In this document: piece after piece, positions 56,094 through 57,013 of the stretch | Numbering within the stretch: position 1 is the first letter of the stretch | Layout of the letters: each line of letters begins with the position of its first letter | Assembly: GCA_900552365.1 (NCBI GenBank) | Contig: URZP01000001.1 | Coordinates: 1-57,013, forward strand | Reading direction: 5' to 3' | Source of the DNA: an uncultured Coriobacteriaceae bacterium | Lineage (GTDB): Bacteria > Actinomycetota > Coriobacteriia > Coriobacteriales > Eggerthellaceae | Length of the DNA stretch: 57,013 nucleotides | Notes under the pieces: generated by a model | What the model was told of the DNA's origin: nothing | Seen by the model: the letters and a program-made list of their open reading frames with translations, nothing else | The model's database searches: none | Position numbers and translations under genes: made by a program

Positions 56094-56603
56094 TTAACGC
56101 TCGTGAACGCGCGAGGCGTCAAAGCGGCTGGGCCCTTGGGCATTTACTTCGCCGTCGGGGGTGCCGCAGGGGACAAGTGCGAACGGCGTCAGGTCCGAAG
56201 GAATGTCGAGCGCGGCGCGCACGCCTTCGATACGGTCGGGATAACCCTCGATGGCCATCCAAACGCCGCCAAGACCCTGATTCACGCACTCAAGAAGCAG
56301 GTTCTCTATAGCTGCCGACATGTCCATCGGAGCACACTCGGGCAGCGGGATATCTTCGCGTACGCATGGCACGATCACGATGGGCGCGGTTGCGGCGCAC
56401 TTGGCGTAAGGCGACGCGGCGGCAAGTCGAGCGCGCACATCGGCGTCGCGCACGACGTAGAATTCCCAAGGCTGCTGGTTGCCGCCCGAGGGCGCGGCCA
56501 TAGCCGCGCGAAGAAGTTCGGTCACTGCTTCGGCGCTGACGGGCTCGTCTTTGAAACTGCGCACGCTTGCTCGCTTGGCGATCTGGTCGATCATGGCGAT
56601 CAC
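56094..56603 (-). CDS. Nitroreductase-family protein
   Basis: 'RASVRSF', 'AAPSGGNQQPWEF' and 'ENLLLECVNQGLGGVW' are present. Confidence 0.85.
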   Translation of the reverse strand: MIAMIDQIAKRASVRSFKDEPVSAEAVTELLRAAMAAPSGGNQQPWEFYVVRDADVRARLAAASPYAKCAATAPIVIVPCVREDIPLPECAPMDMSAAIENLLLECVNQGLGGVWMAIEGYPDRIEGVRAALDIPSDLTPFALVPCGTPDGEVNAQGPSRFDASRVHER

Positions 56604-56846
56604 GCTTCCTTTCTTCGGTTCATGATCTTCAGGTGCATTCTACTTCTATTCTGCTGTCTTCGTTATCATCGGAGTTTCCGAATAAAACAAACAGGTTACA
56701 GTCGTTCCTATAGCTCTTTTTTATAGCAACATCACTAGAACCTGCGGTAATATGCAGGTGTCTCAAACGATGCAAAACAAAAAACATCGGTATAGCCGAT
56801 GCAAAAGGGAGATTTGCACCGTGGCAATTTAGGGGAAAGGTACGTT

Positions 56847-57013
56847 ATGGGACGTCCAACTATCTATCCCACCGGCACCACTGTCTATGATCCCGAAAAG
56901 TGCCAGAACGGTTACACCGTTCTGTCCGTCCCGCCCCTGGGCGTCATTTTGCTTGACATGAACGGCAAGGTCGTTCGTCGTTGGAAGGATTGCTATGGCT
57001 TTCCGCCCAAGAT
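56847..57013 (+). CDS. 3'-truncated gene, N-terminus resembles arylsulfotransferase (ASST)-family proteins
   Basis: The ATG is preceded by AGGGGAAAGG. 'MGRPTIYPTGTTVYDPEKCQNGYTVLS' resembles ASST N-termini as I recall them. The ORF runs off the window, which is why the track omits it. Confidence 0.4.
   Translation, partial: MGRPTIYPTGTTVYDPEKCQNGYTVLSVPPLGVILLDMNGKVVRRWKDCYGFPPK

Noticed and set aside
1-57013. Mobile elements, CRISPR arrays, rRNA, prophage or known defence systems.
   Set aside because: I found no direct-repeat/spacer array, transposase, integrase or recombinase motifs, terminal inverted repeats or rRNA-like sequence on either strand. The only foreign-looking DNA is the AT-rich left edge, reported as a finding.

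Overview
This is a 57-kb chromosomal window of high G+C. Coding lines I hand-counted are about 60-65% G+C. It is dominated by housekeeping genes arranged in a Gram-positive or Firmicute-like order (recJ-rel, metG-tatD-ksgA-veg, rarA...alaS). By inference only, the content fits a Coriobacteriia-type actinobacterium.

Gene content in order:
- A 5'-truncated, AT-rich metallophosphoesterase gene.
- An IscR-like Rrf2 regulator divergent from sufCBDSU.
- A RecJ exonuclease fused to a RecQ-like helicase.
- rel, an MBL hydrolase and a DUF47 protein.
- lysC (with a nested beta-subunit start) and asd.
- tlyA, crcB and a UPF0210/DUF711 protein.
- A small HIRAN-like ORF.
- A 1580-aa double BcrA/BadF-type activase fused to a dehydratase-like module.
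- rsmI, a DUF45 peptidase, and an XRE regulator with a membrane protein.
- A PcsB-like secreted coiled-coil protein.
- metG, tatD, an Isf-type flavoprotein, rsmA, veg and tRNA-Ala(CGC).
- Two paralogous MFS transporters flanking a BspA-type LRR protein.
- A System I cytochrome c maturation cluster, ccmEFABCD.
- galU, a Zn-ligand-less homocysteine-methyltransferase-fold protein, a DUF2795-like protein and MscS.
- A candidate 6S RNA divergent from rarA.
- A DUF948 protein, an AI-2E transporter, alaS, an amidohydrolase, a nitroreductase and the start of an arylsulfotransferase-like gene.

I saw no rRNA, CRISPR array, transposase, integrase or obvious prophage or defence genes.

The most unusual items are:
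- the variant Ccm cluster, whose CcmE is a tandem two-domain protein with CxxxY instead of HxxxY;
- the RecJ-RecQ-like fusion;
- the giant activase fusion;
- the unannotated 6S-like RNA;
- the degenerate Hcy-methyltransferase-fold protein.

Many long ORFs in the six-frame track are antisense artefacts of high-GC genes and were rejected.
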